This document shows positions 46,848-60,100 of a DNA stretch of 64,000 bases, piece after piece (within the stretch, counting starts at the first letter, position 1; the number at the start of each line of letters is the position of its first letter). The position numbers were made by a program, and so were the translations under genes. The notes beneath the pieces are model-generated. The model was not told where the DNA came from. It ran no database searches and saw nothing but the letters and a program-made list of their open reading frames with translations. The stretch covers positions 4,062,211-4,126,210 of the forward strand of contig OZ316897.1 of the NCBI GenBank assembly GCA_973895155.1, given 5' to 3'. The DNA is from Marsupella aquatica. Lineage: Eukaryota; Plantae; Marchantiophyta.

Positions 46848-48035
46848 GTGCTTCGACTTCCGCATTGCGGTCTCGACAATCCAAATTCACATTAATTAGC
46901 TCTGTCGATATTCTGACCTTGTCTCTCGCGAGTGTGTACAGTCGCGTAGCATATGTACTGGCAACTGAGGAACTCGCAGAAATAGCAACCCATCGTTCAA
47001 GATAGAGTAGAGTGTCTGAGTGATTCATACCTCGTCTCGTTTGAGTTTCCCAGACTCTCTCAAGAAGCGTCATTTGCAGTACGTTCAGCGATATGCGAGC
47101 GAGCGGACTCTTAAGAGTGCAATACTCGTCGTCCATCAGACTGAGAGGCTAGAGGCACATCATCCATCGTTCACCGAAGGCCCGTTCGAAATTCCCAGAG
47201 TCCCTCTATAATGGTTCCCTCGAGAACCATGATCGTTCATCACACTGTAGATCGCTGTTCACCGCTCAGCGATTGTAATCTGAGCTTAGTATGTCAAAAT
47301 TCCCAGACTATCTAGTATCTCATGTAATAGAGCGCCCTTTCTCGATCACAGTTGGTGTTTGCTTCAATAGAGACTACAGCGTCGTCTACACAAAGGGACT
47401 CTGGAAGCCTCACGCCATGACTTGCACGATGCTGTATTAAGATAGCCTTGATAGAAAATAGAACTGTCATCAGAAAGCCACGCATAAATTTTGGTACATT
47501 GTTGTCACGGAGACGTGAACTCATTTCAAGGGGCTAGAACAAAAGCGAGGCTTAGTATGTAAAGATTTAAGTTGAGGTCGATACGGTTTGGGTCTCACTT
47601 ACCGTAGGTGTCGTCCCCACCTCGGTGTCAGTTGGGGGATGTTCAGTTTTGTCGTGGTGCAAGAAGCGTTGAAGACTCTGCTCAATGGCCTGAGACTGCT
47701 CCGACGTCATCGTTGCGATACGCGCTTCAAGGGACAATTACAAAGCAAGTACGAAACTCCGATGCGAACGGCAGGAGCTGCAAAGAAACCACTTAGAATG
47801 GATGCAGAAGATGCGAACCAAACGAGAGCAACGTACTCCAGACCTGCAAGACGATGGGCCTGAGCGTCCTTGTAAACTTGGAGGATTGTGATCAGTTCAG
47901 TTTGCAGAATCGGTTTTGAACGACACCCGTGTATCGAAGTGTGGCTCTCGTCTCCTTGATGTGGTGATTCAGGTACAATCTGCCGTGTGCATGCACCGTT
48001 GAGGGTCCGACGTGTCGTTTCCAAGTTTAAAACTG

Positions 48036-48170
48036 TTCCACGTAGAAATTTGGGGTCTGCACGGTTATTGTCGTAGTTGTTGCATCCTACGTGTCGAAGA
48101 ACAGTTTCTTATTGAAGGATTTCCACGTAGAAGTTGGGGTCTGCACGGGTATTGCATCCTACGTGTCGAC
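48036..48170. repeat. ~85-bp-period duplication (ttccacgtagaa..ggggtctgcacgg.tattg...catcctacgtgtcga)
   Basis: Copies at 48036 and 48121. Confidence 0.85.
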
Positions 48171-51159
48171 CAGAGTACCTTCATTGAGGATGATAAGGCA
48201 TCAATGGACCGTTAGGCTCGTCAGGTAATACTCGGCATGCCAAACCTAGCTGGAATCAGGTGAGTGGGGTCATCCGCAAACGTGTCGATGATCGATTTAT
48301 CGAAGTAGTGATGAAGTTTCTATCCAGTGTAGTGCTCAGGCCTCGGAAATAACATTGGAAGCTCAGGTCATGACCACGAATGTAATTGATCGAGGGTTGC
48401 CATGAAACGTACAGAGCCAATTTCTGAAGACGGCTTTGAGCTCAAGTGTAGCTAGTTCTTCATTTGTTGATAGTTGATAGAGTTCCTTAAACTTGCAAAG
48501 TATGTAGCAGATCATACTATATTGCACCTGGATGACTGTGACCTTCGTCGCTGCAGCCAGTTTTTGTTGTAGAGCACCTTAATAACCGTGGGTTAGTAGC
48601 AAGAAAGAAGAAAAGGAGGAGATGTCCAAAAAACATTGTAAGAGCAATGAGGACACTCAGAAAGAAATTAGAAGAAACAAGACAAGTGGAACTCGGTAGA
48701 ACCGATCTCTTTCTTGAACTTCGTAGTTGCAAAGGAATTCAGCATTTGCCTACACTTTCGTCCCACGTCTCAATATTTGGATTCGATGTATGGGTTGATG
48801 GAATGGAACGGAATATTAAAAAACGTAAGGTGTCAAAGATGTTGGACTACTGAAGTTTAATTGACACTTCAATCATTGTCTTATCAAAGCACCCAACGCT
48901 CCGGCTATCACAATGCTGTCGCTGCCGTTCCGTGTACTGCATGCATGTACAAAGTCTAATAATATGTTTGAAGAGGGAGAAGTAGGGGATTTTCAGTAGG
49001 ATATCCCACAAACTGACCTTCAAACAGTTCCGACATTCGTTAGTAACGTTCAAGTTTACTCCTGTGCCACTTGGCTGGGCATTTCGTATTGCCTTTCACT
49101 CAAAATGTAACATTATAAAGAATTCGCCTCGTTGCTCAACCAGGTATGTCCCAGGAACCGTTTCAATCTGCCCAATAGCTGACAGGTCTTTTAAGTATTT
49201 TGCTGAATCTCTATGAATTGTTTAATAAAACTATTTATTCGAGGAGGCAAAGAGAGACGGTCAGGCAGTGTGGATATGGGAGATGGCGATGATCGACGAT
49301 ATCAGTGTTTTTCCAACTCTCACAGTTCTCACAACTGCAAGGCTATCTGTCTCTCTTCTCACCACTCCCAAAAGTTAAGAAGCAGCTCGTCATGGCTCCG
49401 TGGTGGAGGGCGGAGTGTCTGAAGGCGGAAGGAATGGGAGCACGAGTCTGCGCGAGCAAGATGGCAAACAGACAGTTGATCTGGAATGGTGGGCAGCCAC
49501 ATTCGTTCGACCGGATGGCTACGTACTTAGCCTTACCCGGTAACTTAATGTGCCCGCATTTAACTGCTTCATATGTCTGCCTTGGGGAACTCATTCTCTC
49601 GGGAAGACGGAGTACGAGGTTTCATGGGCAAGATTTGCTTTTGGCAAAAGAAGACTGAAGGTACAATCCTGATGCGTTGGTACTCGAGCCGCTTACTCTT
49701 TAAGAGGAGGTTTACTACGAGAAACGTGAGCTAGTCTGAGTCATTACTCGGTCTCTTTTAAAACCCTGTGGGCCTGGTGGTTGGATTGATGCTGATGGCC
49801 CTCGACCTTCCTGCTGCCCTAGAGTAAAAAGCATCGATCACTAGGAATTAAGGGGCCCAGGAATTGAATTAAGATAGCACGGAATGAACCTGCCCCAGCT
49901 TTCTCGTCTTCTTGCGAGTAAGAAACTGGAAGGGCTTCATGCCTTATATGCACATGATCTGTCTAGTTGTTTTCCTTGAAACGAGACTAGAAATCCTAGG
50001 TAAGCCCATATAAGTATCCAAATTAAAAGGTCAGCTCAACAGAATTTGATGGCTACATGCACTTCAGATGTTCAGTTGTTAGGGGGAAAACCCAATCGAT
50101 TAAAAAATCGAAGTATAAAAGCCGTTAGGGCAAACCATATGACAGCTGACCAAAACCGAAGACGAAACTATAGCAAGCAGTAACTCGCCACCCTTTGAGA
50201 TCCTTCTTGAACTGTAAACTGTGTTTGACTAAGCAACAGCTATGTCCCCTCCGAATAAAGGATTGAGCCAATGATGTGGCCAGATTTCGCTTCGCAGATC
50301 AACTCTGGAACATATAGTGTTTTGGTACAAGCCCTTCCTCTACCTACATCACTGCTCCCGTCACTGCTGTTAAAACCGACTTTTTTCTTGTTTTCTCGGA
50401 CTTCTTACCTACAAAGACTGCATTCCTTCTCCCTCACCAAACTTTCAACCGATAGGCAGTGTTGACCACTCTGACAAAATAGTGAATAGAGGCTAGAACC
50501 TGGGTCCGGTGACAGGATTAGTAGTCATGATTGAACTGAATTGAGCTAGAATGGACGGACACCATAGGAGTGTATGTGAGTAGTGGTCTTGTAGAAAACT
50601 TGCCATTCAGATCAATTCACCAAATCTAACAAAAAGCATTTCCAGGTTGTGACCATTAATCCACGACCCAAAAAGGAACGTTCGTATCAACTTATGTTTC
50701 TGGCCGGCCATGCAATGCACGGAAGCAACTCTGACCCACGTCATGCCCTTCCCTCGGTTATCCAATCATATAGTTACGAGTCCCGGCTGCCCATACTATG
50801 TACTAATATTGCCCTGGTCCCATGCTTGGCCCGTCCCAAGTGTGCTAGAAGATTCATTCCAAATGTAAAGAACCGTGGGAACCATCAGATTTGTGCAGAT
50901 AGTTTTTACCAAACAAGGTTTGGAATATAACCGCCTGTAGATCGGACAGTTGGAAAGCTTCACAAAGATGGTAAGAAATGGCATTTGTCACTCTCCTACC
51001 AGAGATTACTCACTCTTTTCTGAAGTTTATGATTTCCACATGCTGAATAATAATCGTGTAATTTTGTTATGCGCACTCTTGCGGGTCAGGCACGGATACT
51101 CAACCTCTAAAAAGCAGGGGCGACAGGGACCATCTGTGTGCAGTGTTTTGCGTAAGTAG

Positions 51160-51226
51160 CAGAGTGACAAGTGTAGCTAGTAACAGAGTGACAAGTGTAG
51201 CTAGTAACAGAGTGACAAGTGTAGCA
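51160..51226. repeat. 24-bp tandem repeat x2.7 (agagtgacaagtgtagctagtaac)
   Basis: Direct reading. Confidence 0.95.
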
Positions 51227-53362
51227 GGGCACGCGAAGCTGTGATGTTCAGAAGTAGTGAGCGCCGAAGTGGGCAAATTGGGCACATTTCGAAATCTCGC
51301 GAAGTTAGAGCTATTCGCTATTATTCCTCGAATTTTCACTGGGCCTACCCGAGCGCTTAGGAAAGGAGGCTGCCTAACCAGTAGAGTGTCCTAGGTCTTC
51401 CGTAGAAAAGGGAGCCTTCCCGCTCCAGTAGCTGGCCCTCTCTAGACTTGCCTACTGATAAGTCATGTCCTACTATTGTTCCTGTGTGACCATTATGTTG
51501 CGAGTATGGCAGACAGGACATTTGAAAGAATCGTTATTTCACACAGATTTGGAGCCCAACTCCGTATCTCCTACAGAGTTTTTATTTCTCCTATGTGAGA
51601 ACACTTTTTCTCGAAGTTTTCCAAGAGCTTTTCTGGTTACGGGAGTGGGAAACTTTCACATTTGAATGTGGCGAGTAACCGATATACGCCAATATCCATG
51701 ATTTTCAAATACAATTTTTCAAGTACAATTTAATCGGTAACGCAGTGTCAACTGAAACAGGCATATTCATGATTTTTCAGGTACACTTTAATCGGTAATA
51801 AGTGTCAACTGAAAAAGATGTTGACGGTAGCAATTTCCGGTTGTTTTAAAGTACACACCTTCCAATCGAAGGTGAATTGTAAAATGACTAAAAATCCACG
51901 ACAATGACTCTATCATACTCGTGTCATGCATGTGAAAAATCCAACCAGGTTTGGGTAACAGTAAACCAAACCGTGACTATCACGAGGACTGAGAGTTCAC
52001 AAAGAAACACACATTTCAACATGTGAAGCACATTGCAATCAGACGATCTTATCTCTCAGCGAAGAAATGAAAACTGAAAAGGTCGTTATATCAAGTTTTA
52101 TACAGAGTGGACATTTGTATGTACAGTCAGTTGAAGCCTAATTAAATGACCTGGTCTACACAAAGGGGTTTGCTTTCTTCGGCATAGCTGGCTTTCCCTG
52201 CTGCCCGGCAGTTTGCGAATCGGGTGCATGCTCATCTGGACGGTGAAGTTGCCCATGACCTCCGGTCTCTGCGGTAGGTGTTGTAGCTCCAGCTCCGAAC
52301 ATGTTTACATTGTCCACCCCCTTTACCTGCTCTTTTGCAGGTTCTTTTGCTACCTCCTGTGGAAATGAAAAAATATGTCAGTAAGTCTACTCGATGACGG
52401 ACAATCATACTTGAAACATAACCGAAGTAGACCAAATCCAACTTTGACCAAAACTCCAGTATATTGATATTTGTGCTTCGATGATAGTCGAAGTTACTTT
52501 GGAAGCGTATCCGCAAGGGAACCGACAATTACTTCGCACAAAGAGTTTTAATTAAGGCAAGAGACTTGATATGGTCGTCAGATCGTCGTCCTATTTGATT
52601 GCTTACTGCCACCGACTAACAGATCGAGAAAATGGTCATTCAAACCATGTCGATTTTTATTTCTCGAGACATGGTTTGAATGACCAATTGCAGGACAATT
52701 CGCGCATGCTTGCGTGATGGCTATTCAAATTGAGAGACTGGGAAATCCGCAATACAGTCTTCCGGCAGATAGTATCAAACTGAATGACCATGCCAGAGCT
52801 AGTTCTCCGAATTTGACTATCGCAGAGCGGGAGTTTCATCTGAACACCTATCCTCTCGAGCTGGCCTTCATAACGAGAACATAAATGTTCAAGATTGAAA
52901 TTAATTTGATATTTCGTAGCCACAATCGCAACCGTACTTTAGAAATTGTTGACACCAGAGAAGAAGGCAATAGAAAGTACAGTCATTCCATCGTGTGCAA
53001 TGTGTCAATGGACGAAAACCACAGTCACTCCATGACCGACGTCTATCACACGACGTCCAACAGATATCAATCGAAACAAAATACGTTCGTTCCAACTTCC
53101 ACGACATCATTCATTGAGAAAGCTGACGATAAATCACTCACATACGACTCCAGTGCCCCCAACAAACATGTTCCAACCCTGCCGACAAAACAAACTCAAA
53201 ATTTCAACAAACCTCAAATTCGGGCTTGTCGTAGTGAAAGTAAGTAGAACTCACCGTGAAGGTCGACTGATTTTGGGGCTGATTCCACTCCCCACTCGCC
53301 TGATGAAAAAATTCCGACATCTTGGCTGTGTCTCAACTCAACTGTGAAACAAATACCGCACT

Positions 53363-53670
53363 ATTGATCGATTCCAGACGACAGTTCAATGTGTGATAAG
53401 CCAATCTCCGAGAAACAAAGCTCCAAGAAACAATCCTCCGCCGTGTCTGCAGATTGAACAACTACTGAGCTTACTGAATGACTCCAGGCCACAGTTGAAT
53501 GTGTGATAGAATCAAAGCTCCCAAGAAAAATTTTCCGCCGTGTCTGCAGATTGAACAACTACTGGACTTCCTGATTGATTCCAGACGACAGTTCAATGTG
53601 TGATAAAACAATCTCCAAGAAACAAAGCCGCACGAAACTATTCTCCACCGTGTCTTTAGATTGAATCGCA
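53363..53670. repeat. Three diverged ~100-bp tandem repeats
   Basis: Each contains tccag..acagtt.aatgtgtgata...ccaagaaa...cc.ccgtgtct..agattgaa. Confidence 0.9.
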
Positions 53671-54204
53671 AAGCTTCCCATTCCGCCGTGTGTCTTTTTA
53701 TATACTTTGGAGTCCCGGACTTGGCTCGAAGGGGGAGGCCAGGTGTTGGTGTCTCTCTGCCTCTCTGGTTTGAGCCACGGATCGCCAACGGTACACCCAC
53801 TTTACTGCCGTCGATCAACGGGGACTAGGACTCAATCAAGGGCCAGAAATAGGGAAGACGCACAACCGCCTCCGCCCGTGGTAGTGGTCTGGATCGGGTA
53901 CGACACCTGAGTCCATCCTGACCGTCTGCAGATCTAATTGATGGTGGAGATCTAACATCTCAACCACTCTACCCACGACACTTGATTGTTCCTGTATCTA
54001 ATAAGTTCCTCTCCAGGGTTCGTTTGGCAGAATGAATGATGATGCTCGGAGATCCGTATGTTCAGCCAGCGAGTTGCTGTGCGCCCTGGGTAAGGACACG
54101 TGGCCTAAATGCTGTCGTGCTGGGGCGTCTATCCGGTCATCTCGATGGGTAGTCAGTGAATTCGTTCCCTGTCCTGTTGCTGACATGTCACGTGGTACGG
54201 TTAC

Positions 54205-54925
54205 CACAGGTACTAAACCTGCCGGGTTTGGACTTGTCGGACAAATAAGACCTCTGGGGTTCGACAAATGACATATGTCACCCCGGTCGATCTCGGCCGG
54301 GTGTGGGTTGGGCCGGGAGGCTAGCGGGTCGGGTCGGAGTGGGGTGAGGGGTTCGGTCAGGTGGGCGGTCGGGGCTAGCCGGGCCGGGACAAAGCGAGCC
54401 AGGAAGGGCCGGGGCCGGGACATAGCTGGCTGGTCGGACGGGTGGGCGGCGGGGAAGGGGTGGCCGGGCCAGGAAGGAGAGGCCAGGCTGGGGAGGGGCA
54501 TTCGGGCCAGGAAGGGGTGGCTGGGGAGGGTGGGAGAGTTCGGGAGAGTCCGGGACCGGGCCGGGGATGGTTCTGGAAATTTTGGTCCCGACCGGGGGCC
54601 GGGACAAAGCGAGCCAGGAAGGGCCGGGGCCGGGACATAGCTGGCTGGTCGGACGGGTGGGCGGCGGGGAAGGGGTGGCCGGGCCAGGAAGGAGAGGCCA
54701 GGCTGGGGAGGGGCATTCGGGCCAGGAAGGGGTGGCTGGGGAGGGTGGGAGAGTTCGGGAGAGTCCGGGACCGGGCCAGGGATGGTTCTGGAAATTTTGG
54801 TCCCGACCGGGGAATATAGAGGAATATCCGACAAATGACCCATTTTTAGCCGACATGCAAGTTGTCATTTGTCATGTCTGACAAGTCGACAACGTGTCCA
54901 ACAGTGATCATTGGGTGAACCTGTG
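54205..54925. mobile_element. GC-rich non-autonomous TIR-like element containing a 215-bp near-perfect tandem duplication (54381-54812)
   Basis: CACAGGT...ACCTGTG ends. Subterminal inverted motifs gacttgtc(g/a)gaca and gacaaatgaca. The two 215-bp units differ at one base by my reading. No TSD found. Confidence 0.55.
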
Positions 54926-55074
54926 AAGAGTGTTAGTCTGATTCTCGGTTTCAGGTACGTACACAGTACAGTGGGCTCTCTCTAAGCTCACTCTATAAAC
55001 GCTTGCTCCCGATTAGTGCATGTGATCCTGATCTTCTTCTTTTTTACTCGGAATAAGCACTTTTTAAGCTCACA

Positions 55075-55305
55075 CAGGGATAAAATCATTTTGCTAAATG
55101 AAATCTTTATAATTGCTTACCTTTCAAGTGTATCTATGCTCTTATAGGTAAATGCACAAAATCATTCACTGGGTATACAGATAAAGGCATGCCCATTCAT
55201 AGCAGAGTATATGTGCACATAGGGCTAAAATCATTTGCTAAATGACAACTTTATAAGTGCTTACCTTTGATGAGTGTCTCTATGCCCTTATTGGTAAATG
55301 CACCA
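55075..55305. repeat. ~146-bp-period diverged duplication
   Basis: aggg.taaaatcattt..gctaaatga...ctttataa.tgcttaccttt...ggtaaatgcac at ~55075 and ~55221. Confidence 0.85.
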
Positions 55306-56742
55306 ACAACAACAAAAATTATTGTAATTTATCATAATGTTATGTACAATAAATATTGTTATTTTAGGTTTTTTATACCCAAGGTTAACCCAAGATAATA
55401 TGAAATTAAGTAATTTAACTAATTAGAAACAACTTCTTTCCCAATGTTCAAGTCAAAGGAATTAAATTGGCAAAAATTATTACATCATCATATTTGGGAG
55501 CATAGATGTCAATATGGGAGAGGTTCATTGTTAAAATGATGCTAAATATAAAATTTCAAAAAGTACCCAAATGTTTCCTGCATTCACATTCTAGGGAGAA
55601 TTTTTCCTACCTTATATAAGTTAATTAAATTTTATTCTCATTCTCATATTGGGACTGCCTATAGGAGTTATTGTATGGCTTGAAAGATGACAATCTGCAA
55701 GGATACAACAACTTATAGGGTTAGAGTATGGCCGTCCTCTGAGAATTATTCAAGCTTTTATTAGCAAATTGTGTAAAAGTGTTTCTCTAAGAAAACATTA
55801 TAATTCCATCACAAGGAAGGTTATAGTTTATTCCATATTGGAATTATATTAGTTATTGTACCAAGTTTTCCGTTATTTTTTCAAATATAATATCACTTTA
55901 TCTAATTTAGGTATATTATGCATTTTTCCCAGGATTGCAATTTTTAATGTCTTTCTTCTTGGTCTGCTTGTGGCCGAATATTGGCAGATAATATTAAATA
56001 TTGTTTTTTAGATGGTTTATGGACAATTGCTCAATCTATTAGTATAAGATTTCTCTAGCTTTAAGTGTTCTATCTATAGCTCTACGTGAGATTTGTATAG
56101 AATTGCCTACTTTTTCAAAATACTAATTTGTAATTCTTGTTTTCATATCTAATAAAAACTGGAAAGACTTATGGGAAAATAAACAATTAATTTTTATAAC
56201 TTGCAGCGGAAAATTAAATTTCGTTCTTCATTTAGAGTTCATTTAACAGCATGAGAAAATCCTTTTTAATTTCATTTAAGGGCATTTAAAATTTGTATTA
56301 TTTTAGAATGAATAAAAAGTAAGAAAAAATAGGGGGTTATTTGCGATGACAAGTTGACTTGAATTGATAGGGTCCATTTGTAGTCATATATTTATTGAAA
56401 AAATATTAAGAATTTACATCTGACAAGAGAGAAAATAATAATAACTATATCATCTCGTGCTTCAACTATTATACTCACAATGATTGGTCATAGAATTGCT
56501 CTTCATAATAGACACAAACACTTATCCAATTTATATAACAAGTTGGATAGTATGTCACAAATTAGAGAAACTTGCTCCTAGCTACATAAATCTTCACAAG
56601 ATGTGCAAAGAATGATAAAAAAATCTTGTGGTGAATTTTAGGATAATTGTTAAATAAAACTATAAAAAACCTAACCAAACAAATTTCAAATAAACATATT
56701 TTTTGGTCTCCAAATAAGGTAAGAAGAGTTATTATTCAAATT

Positions 56743-56886
56743 TGTTAGGAGATGAGTAATGGATTAATGATTCTCGTCTCCGTGAGAATGCACGGAATCA
56801 CTTTATATAGTGTATGGAGTGAAGAGGCATGGTTATACTTAACCGTGGTAAGCTTAGTCTAGTCTAGGTCTAGTTGACTCATAATA
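56743..56886 (-). repeat. 3' LTR (144 bp)
   Basis: 141/144 identical to 63278-63421; differences at 56805, 56836 and 56881 are all transitions. Confidence 0.98.
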
Positions 56887-56895
56887 CTCCCCCTT
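56887..56895 (-). other. Polypurine tract AAGGGGGAG
   Basis: Abuts the 3' LTR on the element's sense strand. Confidence 0.9.
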
Positions 56896-57198
56896 GGATA
56901 CATAATGGGAGTTATGGAGACAATGTAAACTAGTCCTAGAACTAGATATGTAAGTACAATCATCATGCTTATGAACTTGCATGGAATAAGTTTTAAATGG
57001 TGATGAGAAAGTTTCTTCATGCTTATAGACTTGCATGTTTGATTGACCAAAGAGGTGGACTGCCTCATTAAAACCTTGAGCGACTATAGATTAATGTAAA
57101 AACAACTCTACCGGTGTAGTAGAGAAAAAAAAAATGTAGTCCTAAAGGAAAAAGAGTACAGTCCTCTTGGTGATGTGTTATCATGTTGGTGGTGTATG

Positions 57199-60100
57199 TC
57201 AATCAGTGGTCATCATATGGTGTAGACTGCGGAGTCCAATAGCTTGGCAGTGGCGTCGGTGGACAGAAGGAGTTAACGCCTTTGTGAATAAGTCGGCGGA
57301 GTTCTCTGCACTTGCGATCTGGGTCACCTTGATGGCGTGGCCGTGAAGCTCATGGGTAAAGAAGAACTTAGGCGCGATGTGCTTCACTCGATCTCCTTTG
57401 ATGAAGCCGCCCGTTATTTGCTGAACACAAGCTGCATTATCTTCAAATATATTAGTAGGCTTCGTCAAGGTGTCAAGTCCACAATTGGTGTGGATGTGGT
57501 TTATCAAGGATCGGAGCCAGACAGCTTCGCGACTCGCTTCATGTAATGCTTCTGAGTGATTAGAAGAGGTGGCAGTGATGGTTTGTTTTATTTTCTTCCA
57601 AGAGAATGCAGTGCCTCCGATGGTGAAGACATAACCTGTCTGTGATTTAGCTGTATCGGTATTTGATAGATATCCTGCGTCGGCGTATCCTACAAGTTCA
57701 TTGGAAGTGTTGAATGGGAAAAATAATCCATGATCTTTAGTACCTTGTAGGTATCTGAAGATATGCTTCACCCCATTCCAATGTCTGGAAGTGGGAGTAG
57801 CACTGTGTCTTGCTAAAAGGTTGACCGCAAATATATCGGGGCGGGTTTGGTTTGCTAAATACATAAGAGCCCCTATTGCTGATAGATACGGGGTTTCCGG
57901 TCCAAGTATGGGTTCATTCTCTTCGCGTTTCCGAAAGATATCGTTGGATTTTTCCAAAGAGCGTACAACCATCGGGGAAGTGAGGGGGTGGGCAAGATCC
58001 ATGTTGAATTGCTTAAGAATTTTCTTTGTGTATGTGGTCTGATGTAGTAAAATGCAAGTAGGCAATGTTTCGAGTTGCAAGCCAATGCAGAACTTAGTTT
58101 CACCCAAGTCCTTCATTTTGAAGGTTTTCTTTAACGTAATAAGAGTTTGTTTAGTTATGTTTGGTGTCCCAAAGAGATTAAGATCATCAATATATATTGC
58201 CACAATGACAAATTCGTCATTTAGGTACTTAATGAATAGACAAGGTGCGATTGCATCGTGGGAGAAGCCCATAGCGAGCATCTCGTCCATAAATCTTTGG
58301 AACCATACTCTGCCACTTTGCTTAAGTCCATATATGGCCTTAAGCACGCGGATAGCTAGTCCACGGCGAGTATGCCGTACGGTGGTGGGCACTATGGTGC
58401 CTGTAGGCACGGTGGTGCCTTTACGCACGGATGTGCTGGTGGGTGTATTAGTTGTGTTCGATGCAGTAACGTCTCTAAACACGGGGGTGTCTAGCCTCAT
58501 GGGTGTATTGAATGAGGTGACCATCATCTGTTTGTGCAAGTAAGGTGGAAGCTCCTTGAGCTAATGCATGCCTGCGGGCTGCAAGTTCAGGTGGGGCACG
58601 CATGTAGATACATGTGTCAAGTGTACCATATAGGTAGGCAGTGGCCACATCTAGTTGCCTCATGCATAATTTGTGTAAGATAGCAAAACTGATTAGGTAT
58701 CTAAATGTGATGCTATCCATGACTGGGGAATAGGTTTCATCGTAGTGAATCCCCGGTTGTTGGGTAAAACCCTTGCCAACTAGACGTCCCTTGTATCATA
58801 CAACTTGTCCTTGGGCATTTCTTTTATGGACAAAGGTCCATCTATAGCCTACTAGGTGTACATCAGGTGGGGTTGGGATTTCTGGTCCAAAAGTGTTTCG
58901 GCTTATTAGGGAGTCAAGTTCTTGGTTGATGGCGATCTGCCATTGTGGCCAGTCAGGTCGGTTTTGGCATTCCAAGATGGAGATGGGGTCCCGGAATATC
59001 ATCTAATATGTGGTTGGAAACCGTGAATGCAAAGTTGTCGTCCGGAAGTATGGTTTGCCGGTCCCAAAATTTGCCCGTATGGGAGTAATGGATGGCTATC
59101 TCCTCATTAGTTGAGTGGGTGGCGCTTAGTGCAGTTGGTGTATTATTTGGTTGTAGTTGCCTTTGTCGAGGGTGTTTGTCTGTTGCGCCGGGTGGGCGCC
59201 CTCGTTTTTGGCAAGGTTGACTGGTTGCAGCGGGTATGTATGATAGGTCTATTCGTGCTGGGGTGTTGGCTGCATGGATGTGTGATTGTGTCACCTTTGA
59301 GGCGTCCACAAATGAATCTGGGAGTGATTCAACTATTTTGTGGAGGTGTATTATCCGCTGCACTTCTCTCTCCCCCTGATCTGTTCATATGTCCTCCCAA
59401 AATGGTGAGTTGCGCTCCCATTCTAGGGGTGGGGGCGGGTGTGGTTCTGGTAAGAGTAATTTAGGGTAAGTATTCTCATCAAAGTGGCAGTCTAGGTATC
59501 TTGCCTTGAAGACGTCCCCGATTGTGGGTTCGAGGTAGCGTATGATGGACTGTGAGTCAAATCCTACGTAGATACCTCTAAGTTGTCGTTGGGGTCCCAT
59601 TTTGGTTCTTTTGGGTGGGGTTATGGGGACCATAACCGAACAGCCAAAAGAACGGAGGTGAGATAGGTCGGGGGTACCCCAGTCCCTATTTGATGTGGTG
59701 AGTTATTGTTGAAGGCAGATGGTCTATATTGAATAAGTGCGTTTGCATGGAGTATTCCCCATGCAGATGTTGGTAGTTGGGATTGCATTAGCAAAGGGCG
59801 TGCTATCAATTGTAGGCGTTTTATTATTGCTTCTGCAAGTCCGTTTTGGTAATGGACATGTGGGACTGGGTATTGCACCTCTATTCCTAAGGATGTGCAA
59901 AGGTCATTGAAGGTAGGGGAGGTGAATTCCCCGACGTTGTCTACCCTGATGACTTTAATGGGGTGCTCTGGAAATTGAGCTCTTAGGCGTAGGAGTTGGG
60001 CTAGTATTCTTGGGAAAGCCATGTTACGGGTAGGTAGCAAGCTCAAGTTGGACCATTTTGATGAGGCATCGATCATTGGCATAAAATAGCGGAATGGTCC

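Noticed and set aside
53870-53930. A-box-like gtggtagtggtctggatc suggesting a tRNA or SINE
   Set aside because: No B-box (GTTCGA) or cloverleaf; I found no tRNA or rRNA gene anywhere in the window.
53998-54881. Long Pro/Gly/Arg-rich ORFs on both strands
   Set aside because: By-product of a stop-poor GC-rich tandem duplication; no domain or splice support.
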